64,000 nt of DNA from the NCBI GenBank assembly GCA_044226015.1, contig JBGAHS010000001.1, positions 768,001 through 832,000 on the forward strand, written 5' to 3'. The stretch is from Candidatus Obscuribacteraceae bacterium (GTDB lineage Bacteria; Cyanobacteriota; Vampirovibrionia; Obscuribacterales; Obscuribacteraceae). The position numbers and the translations under genes were made by a program. Numbering within the stretch: the stretch's first letter is position 1; the number at the start of each line of letters is the position of its first letter. Shown piece by piece: positions 1 through 11,200 of the stretch. The notes beneath the pieces were generated by a model. It had not been told where the DNA came from. It saw only the letters and a program-made list of their open reading frames with translations, and ran no database searches.

Positions 1-150
1 ACCAATAACAGATAGAAATGAACTTCGTCACGCCATTACTGAATTACTTGCAAATCAACTTTAAGGCGCTGGTCAACAAGGTGCAAAAACTTAGCTTGCT
101 CAGTGTTAGTGATGTGGCGGTTCGTTTCGTAAGCCAGTAGCGGCATTCTT

Positions 151-3100
151 CTACAACATTGCGCCCACGTAAACTGGTGCTTGTGCTGTTCTTGGTTTGG
201 CTGTGTAAGCTCCTCTTTTGCCACCGGTGACAGTGTGAATAGCAGCTGCAGTTTTTAGCAGGCTGTTAATGAGTTTTTGTTTCTCGGCAGATTTGGAATT
301 CTTGATGCTTCCAAGATAGCTTGTGTTTTGTACAAACGAAATGATGGAAAAGTCAGAGACAGTGATGTGCGCTTTTTCACTGAGTTGATGACTCGAAACC
401 TGGCGTCTCCCAATTCCATCTGCTGGGGTAATTTGCTCGCTGCTGGGTTTTGCGTTTGTGATGAGCAATTCTTGTCCTGGTGAGATTTGAAGCTTTCGTC
501 CTGCAATTTCGACATGCACGTGGGTAGGCCCACTGCAAGCTTTTATTCTTACCGAATTGTCATTGGACTCGATGGCTACAAGCGCGCCCTTTTTGATTCG
601 TATTTTGCCAAATGATCCGTCTAGTTCCATGTCATCATCGGGTTGCAGAAGTGCTGCTGTAACCCGAGCTTCCGTGGAGTAGGCTATCGGCTTGTAAGCA
701 CTTACATTTACACGCAGCCCATCAAAGAAAACTGTAGGCGCTAATGGCACTGTATTTTTTACAGTGAAAACAATTGCCCCGCCATTTAGATTGAGCATCG
801 ACTGATTTTGAACTTCGTCTACCAGGTCAATAGCCGTCAGCGCTTGCGCTGTATTACTTGTAATCAATTTCAGTGAACCAGTTCCGCCGTTATCATTTAT
901 CAGAATCTCAGAGCTGGAACCACCGAGTTGGTTGGTTGATACGGTGCCTTTTGTGCCAAGAGCTGGGATTAAGTTCGAACTTGAAGAAGCTCCTGTGACA
1001 AATTCAACTCCACCGCCAATTGAGTCGGTCTTGCTGCTGCCATAGGCTCGTGCTGTTATGGTAGTAAAGCCAGGGTTTGATACTGCGCTATTATTGTCGT
1101 GAATCGTAGTTTTGGCAAGAATCTGGACATTACCACCATTCGACGTTATCGATACAGGGTTATCCATTTGTACATCTTTCGTAAACGATTTGATGGTGAT
1201 GTTACCTGTCGCGGAGAGTTGCGCTCCAGACGATAGCGTCACGGCTGCTACTGGTGACGTTGCCGTGCTGTTCCCTGCTGTAACCTCGATTGTACCTTGT
1301 CGTCCAAGCACATGTGCTTTTGTCAGAACGCCAGTTGATGGTGCTCCGGCAGCAAGAGTTCCTGCGCTGATGGTGTTGTCCAGAGTGACGCCCATTGGTC
1401 CCTTTATGACTAAGGCACCAGTGGCGGTGCTAAGTCCGCCGGTCGAGCCATACACTTGAACGATCGACGATTTCGATTCGAGCGACAGACCTTTACTGGC
1501 GCTAGCAAAGGAGTTCTCAATTCCCAATTGTTGGGTCGCAAGCACTCTGAAGCTTCCTTGACTCGAGCCGACCGTTGTATTGGTGTCGATGTCCACATAT
1601 CCATTGAGCGCTGAAATGGCTGAGTCGCCAGCACCACGGAATTGTGAATTTGTAATACTGACATTCTTCTGTGACGTGAGTGTTGCCTTTGCAGACGCTT
1701 GGGCTACTGTGCTATCAACATCTCCGGCTGAAAACTTTGAGCTAATGAGTCCAACCGGGCCGACAGAATCAATAAGCAGAGTCGTTTTTGACTTAACATC
1801 CGCCGCAAAAAAGTAAACAGGAGTGGGCACAGCACCGACAACGCTGCTGTTTGCCAATCCTTTAATTGAAACTGTTTCTCCGTGTATTCTTCCGACAATC
1901 GATGGGTCTGATCCAACACTCTGCCCATATTTGAATGTGAGGGCGACTGTGCGCTTGTTTGCAGCAAGAGGCAGCGCGTTTTCTGCCGCCTTGCCGAAGC
2001 TCAGCCCTAAGGGCAGTTCTTCAAAGTATAGGGGACGATTTCGTGCACCCGTACCGGCAGAGTTCGTGCTCAAATTCACGAAATTGATTGTTGGCAGTTT
2101 TCCGTTTGCAGGAAGCACCATTTTTGTATTGGCCAACGCGGCAGGAATGAGCCCGCCGAATGTTTGACTTGTGTATGTAAGAGCCGAGCCAGTCCCAAGC
2201 AAAACGAGCGCGTCAGTTTGAATGGTTCCAAGATTGGTCCAGGCAGCACCAGAGCCGGTAATGATCAACTGAGCCGCAGCGTTCGTCTTAATCGTGCCAT
2301 ACGCAGTGAGCGGTAGGCTCTTTGTTCCAACATTAATGAGCGCCCGCGCTCCATTGTCGGCGAAGTTTAGTGTCCCAGAGATATTTGAACTTGCTACTCC
2401 AGAGAGGTCAACCGTTGGTCTGGGACCAAGCACATTCATCTGAACTTTAGTTCCAAAAAATTCACTCTTGCCAAAAAAGGTGCTTGGTGAGCGCAAGTCG
2501 AATTTGGTAAAGGATGAACGCATATCACGCGCATCCACAGAAAAACTGTTGTCTACCGCATTGAAGTCAGTAGCGATTGATCCGTCAAGTTTGATTCCAA
2601 TCGATTGCGTTTGCTCATGTGTAACTTGATAGAGCGCAACTGCTGCTGCTGCGGGTACCTTGTTGCGAACACTGTTGGTTTGAATGTTTGCGGTGAAGCC
2701 TGGTGTTCCTGTTGCAATAGTTATTGGCACGTTGCTGCCGTGTACATTGACAGAGATTTCTGTTGATGGTGCCACTGAACTTGTATAGCGAATTTTGCCT
2801 TCAGTAATGGAGCCATTTTTTAGATAACCAGCTGTGCCATTAACCAGAGCTTCGCCTGCTGGTAGGCTAAGCGAACCAGAACTTGCTGAACCCTGGATTA
2901 TGAACAGTCCGCCCGGTAGTACATAATTGTTCTTCTCTGCTGAAACCAGATTGAAACTCGTCGGAAGGGGTTGCACAGCATAACTGTGAATAGTGATTTG
3001 ACCGAGGCTGCCGCTGCGAGTTTTGTCTGTGCCCGCAGTGCCAGGACTTGTGTCAACACTTGCCCCATTGCTTAGCTTCGCTGAAACGATTACGGTAGCA

Positions 3101-6100
3101 CCATTCAGATACGCGCTTCCACCGTCTCCGGTCTTACCGCCAGATATTGCAGCAGTGTTGCCTCCTTTTGCTTCGATAGTTCCATTAACGTAAATTTGAG
3201 CGGTCGCAAAATCATTCCCGGAGACGTTTACTGATCTGGTTGAATTGAGGAATATTGCGCCACCAGCGCCTCCCTTCGCCTCACTTCCAGGACTTGCTTT
3301 GCTGACACCTAAGGCGTCGCCACCATTAGCAATAAGGGTGCCGTTTACTTGAACTAATGAAGGAGATGCAAGTACGATGCTTCCGGCATCTCCACCGTTC
3401 ATAGAGGATGTTGCTGCAATATCGTTGCCACTGACGTCAATGCTCTTTGTAGTGACCTGGTCATCTATTGATAGGATTGATACATGTCCTGCACTGACGT
3501 TGCTTTTGCTTGCACTCTTTGCTGAAGCATTTATGTTTCCGGTTACGTCAGCACGACCATCAGTGTAAATCTCGATGTTGCCTGCGCTGCCATTCAGCCC
3601 ATTAGTGCTGATGGCTCCAACATTCACTGCAGCACCGGCACCAGCTCGCTCGGGGTAGGCGTCGAATCTTGCTGCGCTGCGATTGTATCCGTCTTGAAAG
3701 ACCATTGACCCGCCGACGATTTTTGATTCTGCACCGAGAACTCTAACGTTGCCACCTTCAGCGCCACTAGTTGTGATGGCGCCTACTTTTACTCCTCCTT
3801 GCCCGATGAGGAGAACGTCTCCGCCGCTTCCGTTGATTGAGCTGCCTTTTGCAGTGACGCTCTTGAGCATGATTATGCCCGGGTTGGTGCTACCCGCATG
3901 GGCGACGGCGACTACGTCGCCTGCTATAGCGCGCTCGCTTGTAGTTGTGCTGGAACTTGTGTCTATTGCAACTCCCGACAGAGCAATGGAGCCACCCGTT
4001 GCTGATGGACTGCTGAGCGTGTGGAGTACGCCATAGGTCGGCGTGGGACTTGCATTGCTCTGTCCGCTTTCCGTGAAGTTATAACCGGCAACAAGAGTGA
4101 CGTTGCCGCCTTGCCCTTTGCTGTTTGATAGGTTGATTGAAGTTACAGCAGCGCTTGCTGTGATATTGCCACTGGCCAGTATGCTCAGGTGGTGACCTGC
4201 TAGTACAATGTTGCTGGTCAGGTTCACATCACCAGATTTGTTGCTGATTGTTCCGACCCCATTGGGCGAGATAATTCGGATAGGATTGCCATTGAGCGTT
4301 CCTGCGCCTTGAAATCCTTTACCAAAGATCGTAACTTCATCTTGTCCTGATATGATCGAGCCTGAGCCAATGCTCACCGCCTGTTGATTGTCACCGTTAG
4401 AAATCAGGTTTAATGGTCCCAAGAAATCTTGATGTGTGTTATCAGCAAAGACAATTCCATTAGCATCAACAACGTTTCCGATTGCAGCCATTGTAGTGGT
4501 ACCGAAAGTGGTGCCATCGCCGGAAATAGTTAAGTCAGAACCAGAGACGCTGTAGACAGATGTGTTATTGCTGCTGATTTGTCCGTTGTTTGTCAGATCG
4601 TTTGTGAAAATTGTCGCTTGTCCACCCAGCGTGCCGACAGAAGCTTTATCATTAATCGTGACAGCACCGTTTTTTGCATTCAGGCTCAGCGATGACGACC
4701 CTGTCGTGGAACTGTCTATGGTGATATCACCGTTGCTCACTGTCATAGTTAGATCGGTGGCAGAAATAACATTCGTCGTTGTTATTCCATTGTCCGCAAG
4801 AATGTCTACAACTCCTCCATTCACTGCTCCTAAGTTTAGAGTTTGCCCTGTCTCTGAGCTGATGTAGGCATTGTTGCTTTCTGAAATACTTAGCAAATCG
4901 GTTTTGACCTTGATTCTTCCTGATGCATCAAGTCCAATGTTACCGTCAGTTGCGGCTAATTTTACGGTAGGAGATTCAAATGCGATGCCGCTAAATGCTG
5001 AGTATTCAATGTCGTGTCCGGCTGTAGCAGAAATGGTACCAGGTGAGCTTGTGACTGATCGAGCTCCAACCAGGATATTTTCGGCAGCATCAAGTTGAAT
5101 CGTGCTATTTGCACCTACGCTAACGGCGGTTCCTGATGCTCCGATCAGTGCGATGTCTTTGTAAGACTGTATGTCAACGGTAGAGCCATTTCCCGCTGTG
5201 AGATTGTTTAGTGTAATGGTTGATTTGTTCGACTGCGAAACGAAGTGAAACGTTTTGCCACTTCCAATAGAACTATTCAGAACTTCGATGTTAGCCAGCG
5301 GAATGTAATCTAATTCGCCGAGGACACCCATTTCTCCATCAGGGCGCTGAATCAGTTCAACATTTCCTGTGGTGCGTGCCTGCACTTTCGGAGTTGCGAC
5401 CCACATGCCCAGCTCTACATCGGTGACGCCTAGTATGGCGTTGGTCCATAGATTTCCCAGTCCGATATTTCCACTGCCCGATTCTAAAATCAGTTCAGAA
5501 CCAAACATGGCTATGATGCCATCTTGCCGGATGTTACCTGAACCGTTTGCGACCAGCTTAGTCGTGGCTGACGAGCCCTGTTCGTTGAAGCTTGCCATTG
5601 CTTTTCCGAAAAAGCTTACAAAGTAAATTTGTGGGTCATTACCCTTGAGAACAATATCGCCATTGTTCGTCGTTTGTACTTCTAAGTAATTTTGAATCTT
5701 ACTGCCGAGCACAGTGATATTTCCCTGCCCCTGTAACCAGGCGTTTTGCACGAATAGGGAAACTGATTTGTCTGCAGCAATTTTGACAGGAGACAATGCT
5801 GAGCCAACGTTTACACTGTTGCTGAATGTTGTTTGGCGTGCGTTAACAAGTCCGGTGACATTGAGGTCTGTACCCGCAGCTAATAACGCCTCGTCAGCAG
5901 TCACATTGTTAACCGTAAGCCCTGTTATTGCGCTGATAGAGACATCGTCGGCGAATACATTGTGAATAGATATGAGTCCTCCGGTCGATGTCACTTCAGC
6001 TGTTGGAGCATCAGTCGTAAGGTCCCCAATGATTGTGATGTTGCCATGTCCCTCTATGTTTACTTGCGGACTGCTCAGGAGGTTGAACTTGTCTAGTGGG

Positions 6101-7995
6101 GCTAAATCCTGAAAGGCTTGTCCGTTCGATTCATAGGTTACAGCACCGATAGTGATATCATCTCCTGCGTCTACGTGGATCGGCAAATAGCCCCCCGTCG
6201 CCTTGAGGGCGGTGGCGACAATAGAGTTATCTTGAAGTATGAGTCCACCAAGTCCGGTCGGAACATATTCGGGATAAAAGTAATTTCCTGTGGGTAGCCC
6301 ACCATTGTTGTCTACTAGAAGGGTAGAACTCAGTAACCCGTTCGAGAGCATCACAGGAGCTGCCGTGTATAGACGAATTGAGCCTTCTGGTCCAGCACCG
6401 CCAGTGGTGTCGACTGAGCCCAAGATAATCGCAGCAGATTGCGCAGATTTCTCCCCAGCAATTACCCAGAAATTACCATTGTTTCCGGAACCTTTGCCAC
6501 CGGTTGTAACTGAAGAGAGAAGTGGCAAGAGCACCGTGCCAGAAAAGATGCCCGAATTCACTCCGTCGCCACCAAAGGCAACAAGCTGAACGAATCCACC
6601 GTCCCCGTCAGAACCACTTGGAGATGTGTTCATTATTGCTAGTCCAGGGCCTGTTGATAGATCAATCTGTCCACCCTGTTTGGTGCCGCCATTTATCAAC
6701 ACCGAACCGTCGCCTTGAACCGTGAAATCGGCACCGGCAGCCATGAGGATTGTGCCGCCTGTCGTGGCACCGCCGGTGTCGATCACAACTGCGTTTCCTG
6801 GATTTAGCGGATCATCCCCAGTCAAGATATCTCCACCTGCGATAATCGCTAACGGATTTCCGTTGGTTGTGATTTCAACAGTGCCGCTTGTAAGTGTGAT
6901 ATTTCCAGTAGAAGCGATAATTGGGTCGCCGGTTAAGCAAACATTGCCTAAGTATAGAGAGGTGGAGTCCGCATACAGGTGAGCATTTTGTGCTTTCAGA
7001 TTCAGGGTGCCTGATACTTCGCCCACGTTGAGCAATAGCGACCCAGCGCTGTTGCTGATATTTAGTGTTTGGCTCAGCCAATCACCGCCATGCACGTCAA
7101 TTCTTAAATTGTCTGCGATTGGGTTTTGAATGTTGATTGAGCCTGCAAGGGCTTTTATTGTGCCAGAGCTTGCATTGACCTGGAGGTTGCTTGCAGAGCT
7201 GTTGGCAATATTGATATTGCCCATGGTGCTCTCGATGAATCCGGCGTTTGTTAGTTGTTGTGTGTTCAACACTATGTTCTGGCAGGCCTGCAACAATGGT
7301 GTAGAACTTGATGCTCCGGTTGGCAATGCATTGACGATGCTCACGCCTGCACTCGCGCTCAAGCTACCGGCACTGCTGATGGTGCCAGCATTTATTATGT
7401 TTGTGAGAGCGGTGAGATTAAGGTTAAGGTTGCTGATTGCGTTTGGATACCCAGTTAGACCTCCAGCCGGCAGCATTGTCGTTAAAAGGGCATTAGCGCT
7501 GTTAAAAATATTAGCAGCTGAAATATTCGCTGTATGAGTGGCCGGATTTGTAGAAACACCAAAGAATGTTCCGTTATTACTGAGGTTGCCCAGTAGGTTA
7601 AGAGTTCCAGCCGTGCGCGCAAAATCGTGAATTGCAGTGACGCCACCAGGAATTGCAAGCGATGAAATAGCATCTTGGGGAAGTTGGTGTGTTGCAAAAG
7701 ACCCGGAAACTGCACGCCCTGCGCCATCCAGCCCCAGGCTCTGGGCGCCACTATTCAAGACTTGGTGAAGTGCCGCGAATTCTGCAGGGGTGATGTAATC
7801 GCCGACATTTATCGTCTTAAGTACGCCGCCTACCTTCACGGTTACTGGTGAATTGATGATTGCATCTGTGACCTGCATCGATTTACCAGTACTGCCAAGA
7901 TCCATTCCTTGTGCAAGTGCCGAAGTGTCTAGAGTAAGTACGTTCAACGACAGGAATGCTAGTACAGCTCGATTCACCAAACTTAAGTTAGTCAC
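151..7995 (-). CDS. Giant secreted Gly/Ser/Asn/Thr-rich protein (filamentous-haemagglutinin-like, probable beta-helix adhesin) with conserved C-terminal domain
   Basis: 2614-aa ORF. GTG start with AAGGG upstream; Sec-type signal (NRAVLAFLSLNVLTLDTSALA-Q); long runs of G-x-I-x-L-x-A strands. N- and C-terminal regions align with the adjacent 8212..14841 ORF. Confidence 0.8.
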   Translation of the reverse strand: MTNLSLVNRAVLAFLSLNVLTLDTSALAQGMDLGSTGKSMQVTDAIINSPVTVKVGGVLKTINVGDYITPAEFAALHQVLNSGAQSLGLDGAGRAVSGSFATHQLPQDAISSLAIPGGVTAIHDFARTAGTLNLLGNLSNNGTFFGVSTNPATHTANISAANIFNSANALLTTMLPAGGLTGYPNAISNLNLNLTALTNIINAGTISSAGSLSASAGVSIVNALPTGASSSTPLLQACQNIVLNTQQLTNAGFIESTMGNINIANSSASNLQVNASSGTIKALAGSINIQNPIADNLRIDVHGGDWLSQTLNISNSAGSLLLNVGEVSGTLNLKAQNAHLYADSTSLYLGNVCLTGDPIIASTGNITLTSGTVEITTNGNPLAIIAGGDILTGDDPLNPGNAVVIDTGGATTGGTILMAAGADFTVQGDGSVLINGGTKQGGQIDLSTGPGLAIMNTSPSGSDGDGGFVQLVAFGGDGVNSGIFSGTVLLPLLSSVTTGGKGSGNNGNFWVIAGEKSAQSAAIILGSVDTTGGAGPEGSIRLYTAAPVMLSNGLLSSTLLVDNNGGLPTGNYFYPEYVPTGLGGLILQDNSIVATALKATGGYLPIHVDAGDDITIGAVTYESNGQAFQDLAPLDKFNLLSSPQVNIEGHGNITIIGDLTTDAPTAEVTSTGGLISIHNVFADDVSISAITGLTVNNVTADEALLAAGTDLNVTGLVNARQTTFSNSVNVGSALSPVKIAADKSVSLFVQNAWLQGQGNITVLGSKIQNYLEVQTTNNGDIVLKGNDPQIYFVSFFGKAMASFNEQGSSATTKLVANGSGNIRQDGIIAMFGSELILESGSGNIGLGNLWTNAILGVTDVELGMWVATPKVQARTTGNVELIQRPDGEMGVLGELDYIPLANIEVLNSSIGSGKTFHFVSQSNKSTITLNNLTAGNGSTVDIQSYKDIALIGASGTAVSVGANSTIQLDAAENILVGARSVTSSPGTISATAGHDIEYSAFSGIAFESPTVKLAATDGNIGLDASGRIKVKTDLLSISESNNAYISSETGQTLNLGAVNGGVVDILADNGITTTNVISATDLTMTVSNGDITIDSSTTGSSSLSLNAKNGAVTINDKASVGTLGGQATIFTNDLTNNGQISSNNTSVYSVSGSDLTISGDGTTFGTTTMAAIGNVVDANGIVFADNTHQDFLGPLNLISNGDNQQAVSIGSGSIISGQDEVTIFGKGFQGAGTLNGNPIRIISPNGVGTISNKSGDVNLTSNIVLAGHHLSILASGNITASAAVTSINLSNSKGQGGNVTLVAGYNFTESGQSNASPTPTYGVLHTLSSPSATGGSIALSGVAIDTSSSTTTSERAIAGDVVAVAHAGSTNPGIIMLKSVTAKGSSINGSGGDVLLIGQGGVKVGAITTSGAEGGNVRVLGAESKIVGGSMVFQDGYNRSAARFDAYPERAGAGAAVNVGAISTNGLNGSAGNIEIYTDGRADVTGNINASAKSASKSNVSAGHVSILSIDDQVTTKSIDVSGNDIAATSSMNGGDAGSIVLASPSLVQVNGTLIANGGDALGVSKASPGSEAKGGAGGAIFLNSTRSVNVSGNDFATAQIYVNGTIEAKGGNTAAISGGKTGDGGSAYLNGATVIVSAKLSNGASVDTSPGTAGTDKTRSGSLGQITIHSYAVQPLPTSFNLVSAEKNNYVLPGGLFIIQGSASSGSLSLPAGEALVNGTAGYLKNGSITEGKIRYTSSVAPSTEISVNVHGSNVPITIATGTPGFTANIQTNSVRNKVPAAAAVALYQVTHEQTQSIGIKLDGSIATDFNAVDNSFSVDARDMRSSFTKFDLRSPSTFFGKSEFFGTKVQMNVLGPRPTVDLSGVASSNISGTLNFADNGARALINVGTKSLPLTAYGTIKTNAAAQLIITGSGAAWTNLGTIQTDALVLLGTGSALTYTSQTFGGLIPAALANTKMVLPANGKLPTINFVNLSTNSAGTGARNRPLYFEELPLGLSFGKAAENALPLAANKRTVALTFKYGQSVGSDPSIVGRIHGETVSIKGLANSSVVGAVPTPVYFFAADVKSKTTLLIDSVGPVGLISSKFSAGDVDSTVAQASAKATLTSQKNVSITNSQFRGAGDSAISALNGYVDIDTNTTVGSSQGSFRVLATQQLGIENSFASASKGLSLESKSSIVQVYGSTGGLSTATGALVIKGPMGVTLDNTISAGTLAAGAPSTGVLTKAHVLGRQGTIEVTAGNSTATSPVAAVTLSSGAQLSATGNITIKSFTKDVQMDNPVSITSNGGNVQILAKTTIHDNNSAVSNPGFTTITARAYGSSKTDSIGGGVEFVTGASSSSNLIPALGTKGTVSTNQLGGSSSEILINDNGGTGSLKLITSNTAQALTAIDLVDEVQNQSMLNLNGGAIVFTVKNTVPLAPTVFFDGLRVNVSAYKPIAYSTEARVTAALLQPDDDMELDGSFGKIRIKKGALVAIESNDNSVRIKACSGPTHVHVEIAGRKLQISPGQELLITNAKPSSEQITPADGIGRRQVSSHQLSEKAHITVSDFSIISFVQNTSYLGSIKNSKSAEKQKLINSLLKTAAAIHTVTGGKRGAYTAKPRTAQAPVYVGAML

Positions 7996-8211
7996 AGTTT
8001 TACCCTTATGATTTCAAAACAAAAAACGAGCCCCGACAAATGCGACTGCTTCATTGGTGCAAATTGAGAACATACCTACGGCATCGATTATGCCATAGCC
8101 GCGAGGCTTCAGTAATAACATAAAAGTGACTTTTGCTTATTAGTAAGGTAAGAAGAATTTCTTGAGCAAGCGAAAGCATATTAAAGCAGGAATTAGCGCC
8201 AGCAACAGGAT

Positions 8212-11200
8212 TCAATGCATGGCCATGTACATTTCAGTCTTAGTTACTTGTCGATATGGACCTTGCTTATTGTTACTCATTTGAAAAATCGAAGCGGCAT
8301 TTTTCAGGCATTTCATCATGAGTACTCTGTGGGCTGGCGCCTTTGAATTACGAAGTTGCGTAAGCCCGGACAGAGCCGACAAAATGGAAAATTCTGAGCT
8401 AAATATTGTCATTCTGTTATTGCTTTCTCGGCGAATATTGCGATGTGCAATGCAGTCGATCGCATTCACTTGAGAAAGCTCGAGTATTTGTCCAGCTGCG
8501 ACGGTAAGATGTTGGCCGATAGGGATGCAAATTTGTTGACCGCTGGCGTCGAATCTAACTTCTCCAAGATTGCGATCGTGCAAGTTGAATATCGACAATG
8601 CTCCAGAGTCTTGCAGCATTGTTAGCACTGCGGCTCCGGCTCTTATTCTTAGTTCACCAAATGCTGTGAGAACCGTCAAGTCTTTTGATGGATTGAACAA
8701 GGTCGCTCCATAATTCAGCTTAAGAAGACTTCTCTTGTTTGCTAAATCCTGCTCGGCTGCTTCATTAGCTGGGGTGATCATGTTAACTGTCAGCAATTTG
8801 CCTGGAGCCGTGAAGGTCGTGTTGCATACAATATTTCCAGCTAAGCTAGCAGCTTCAGATTTAGTTCCTGTGCTCAAAGTATAACTCTTGTTGATTGCTT
8901 CCTGGTTTGCGGTTGAAGGGGTCAAAAGTGACTGTGTCGTGTTCGTATGAGCTTCTATTGCTGAGGCTGAATCAGTAAATTCAATGTGGCTAACTTTTTC
9001 AGGCAGCATATATTCGGTACGCGTTTCAGATTTGTTTGTTACTGCTAGTGTTCTGTCATTGTTGATGAGTGCGTTTGCGCCTGGAGGATCTGCCGTGACA
9101 GTCACATTGTCACCAAATTGAATCGAGCCTGAACTTGCCGAATTGAAAATTATGTTTCGTCCCTTTGCGTTCAGCGTGATAGCTTGCACTTTTGCACCAG
9201 TAGCCAGCAATGCATTTGGATTTACTCCGCCAAAGACGACTCCTGGTGCAGTGTTGTTAACAGTAAAGTTGCCGTTGCTGCTGAGTGGGTTGCTTGGGGC
9301 TGTTGGCGGCTTGCCAATCGCGATTTTGATCACTCCATTTGTAATTGGTGATTTGAGATCAACCATGGTGTTTGTGCTTACACCATCTGCAAAAACTATT
9401 TTACCGCCCAGGTCAAGGGCGTTGATGAGTACACTTCCGCCAGTGACATTTAGATCAGCGTTTAGTGAGATTGCACCATTGCTGCCTGTTTCAAGCAAGG
9501 TGAGATTGTTAGTTCTCTTTGCTAAGTCGCCAGCTTGTCCCACGGTAATTGCTCCGTCAATGGAGAGCTGTCCAGTGTTGTTTGCTATTTTGAATGATTG
9601 TCCACTCTGCGAACCATTTACAGATAGTGCGCTGCTTCCAGAATTCAGCAGGTTGACAGAACCTTTGTCAGTCTTTGCACTTACGACATTAGCTGATATT
9701 TTGATAGCAGCTAGTTCGCTGCCGAGATTGCCAGTTTGCCCGGCTCCACCCAGATTCAAAATTGATGCTTGAAGCAAGCCGTTTCCTGAAGTACTCAGGG
9801 CACCACTACCAGAGTTGAGGGTAAGAGCTACAGTTGCTTGAAGCGGAGCCTTAACGACTATATTTCCATTGTTAGTCAAGACGAACTCAGCACTGATGCT
9901 TGTTTTGTCTGGCGATACATTAATTGTACCGGGCAGTATGTCGACGATGAAAGCACTTCCGCCATTCTGCTTGATGATCAAATTGGACGCATCTAGTAGT
10001 AGATCATTATTCGACCCTATTGCTCCAATGTCACCACTGCCGGTGCTGAGTAGTACAGTAGCCCCAATAACAGTTGCTGAACTAACACGACTGATATTTG
10101 TCGCTGAAATGTTTGTTTTTCCGCCGATTTTGCCAGTGTTAGCAGCAATTATCACGTTTCCGCTTGCTGTAATACTCACGACTGGGCTAGTGATGGCACC
10201 ATTTACCGTTATGTTGCCTGCACCACTGGTGATGTCGAATCCGTTACCAGAAAATGCGTTTGTATTTAGATTCCCAGTGCTGCCTACATTGTTGATGAAC
10301 ACGATTCCTTTAGTATCTATGGTCAAATTACTGGCATCGACCTGAATGCGTGCTTGCGCTGTACCGAAGTTTGCAGCGCTTATTAAAGCCGGGCTGACAG
10401 CGCTGGAGAGCGACACTGTTGGCGCGGTGATGGCAACACTGTTGTTGCTCTGAGTTAGAGTCGATGTTGATGAGATGTTAACGACGCTATCGGAAGAGAG
10501 CTTTCCAGCAATATTCGTGCTGCCGACATTTTGGATGCTGAGCCAGCTGTCATTGCTGGCATTGTCGGAAGAGGATGTGTTCAGTGTGAGCTTGCCCGTG
10601 TTTCTTATGTAAGCGCTGCCATTGGTGCTGACTACAGTTATTGCTTTTGCCTTAGTCAGGACGGGGCTTGCTCCGCTTCCAATGTTTCCGTTCTGGCTCA
10701 TGAGGGACAATGCAATGGTGGCAGCCAGAGTGTGCTTCGAATTTGTCGATGCAACTATGTTGCCGTTTGCCGAAATTTGAATGTTTGGGCTGCTTATACT
10801 TCCTGCAATGCTAATATCGGCGCTTGCATCGCTTGTAAGATCGAATTGAGTTCCTGCAGCGCTGTCAGAAATAGTTGCCGAGTTCTTCAAATTTAGGAAT
10901 ACAGCTGCTGCTGTTTTTGCCAAAACAGTGCCGCTGCCAATCTGTAGTCGAGATGTATTGCTACCGATATTTCCGTTCGTGCTGAGAAGGTTGATAGTCT
11001 TGCTTGCGCTTAGAGTGGCTGTTCCGCTCAGGTCAGTGATCTTGCCTGCACCAAAAGCAGTTAAAGTGATGTTGTCCGCGTTAATCGAATTGCCATTAAG
11101 GTTAATGCTGGCATTGTTGCCTTTTGTTTGCAGAAGCAGGTCCTTTACTGCTGTGATAGGCGTGGAGAGAGAAATGTCTCCTGGGTCGCTGACTGTTCCG

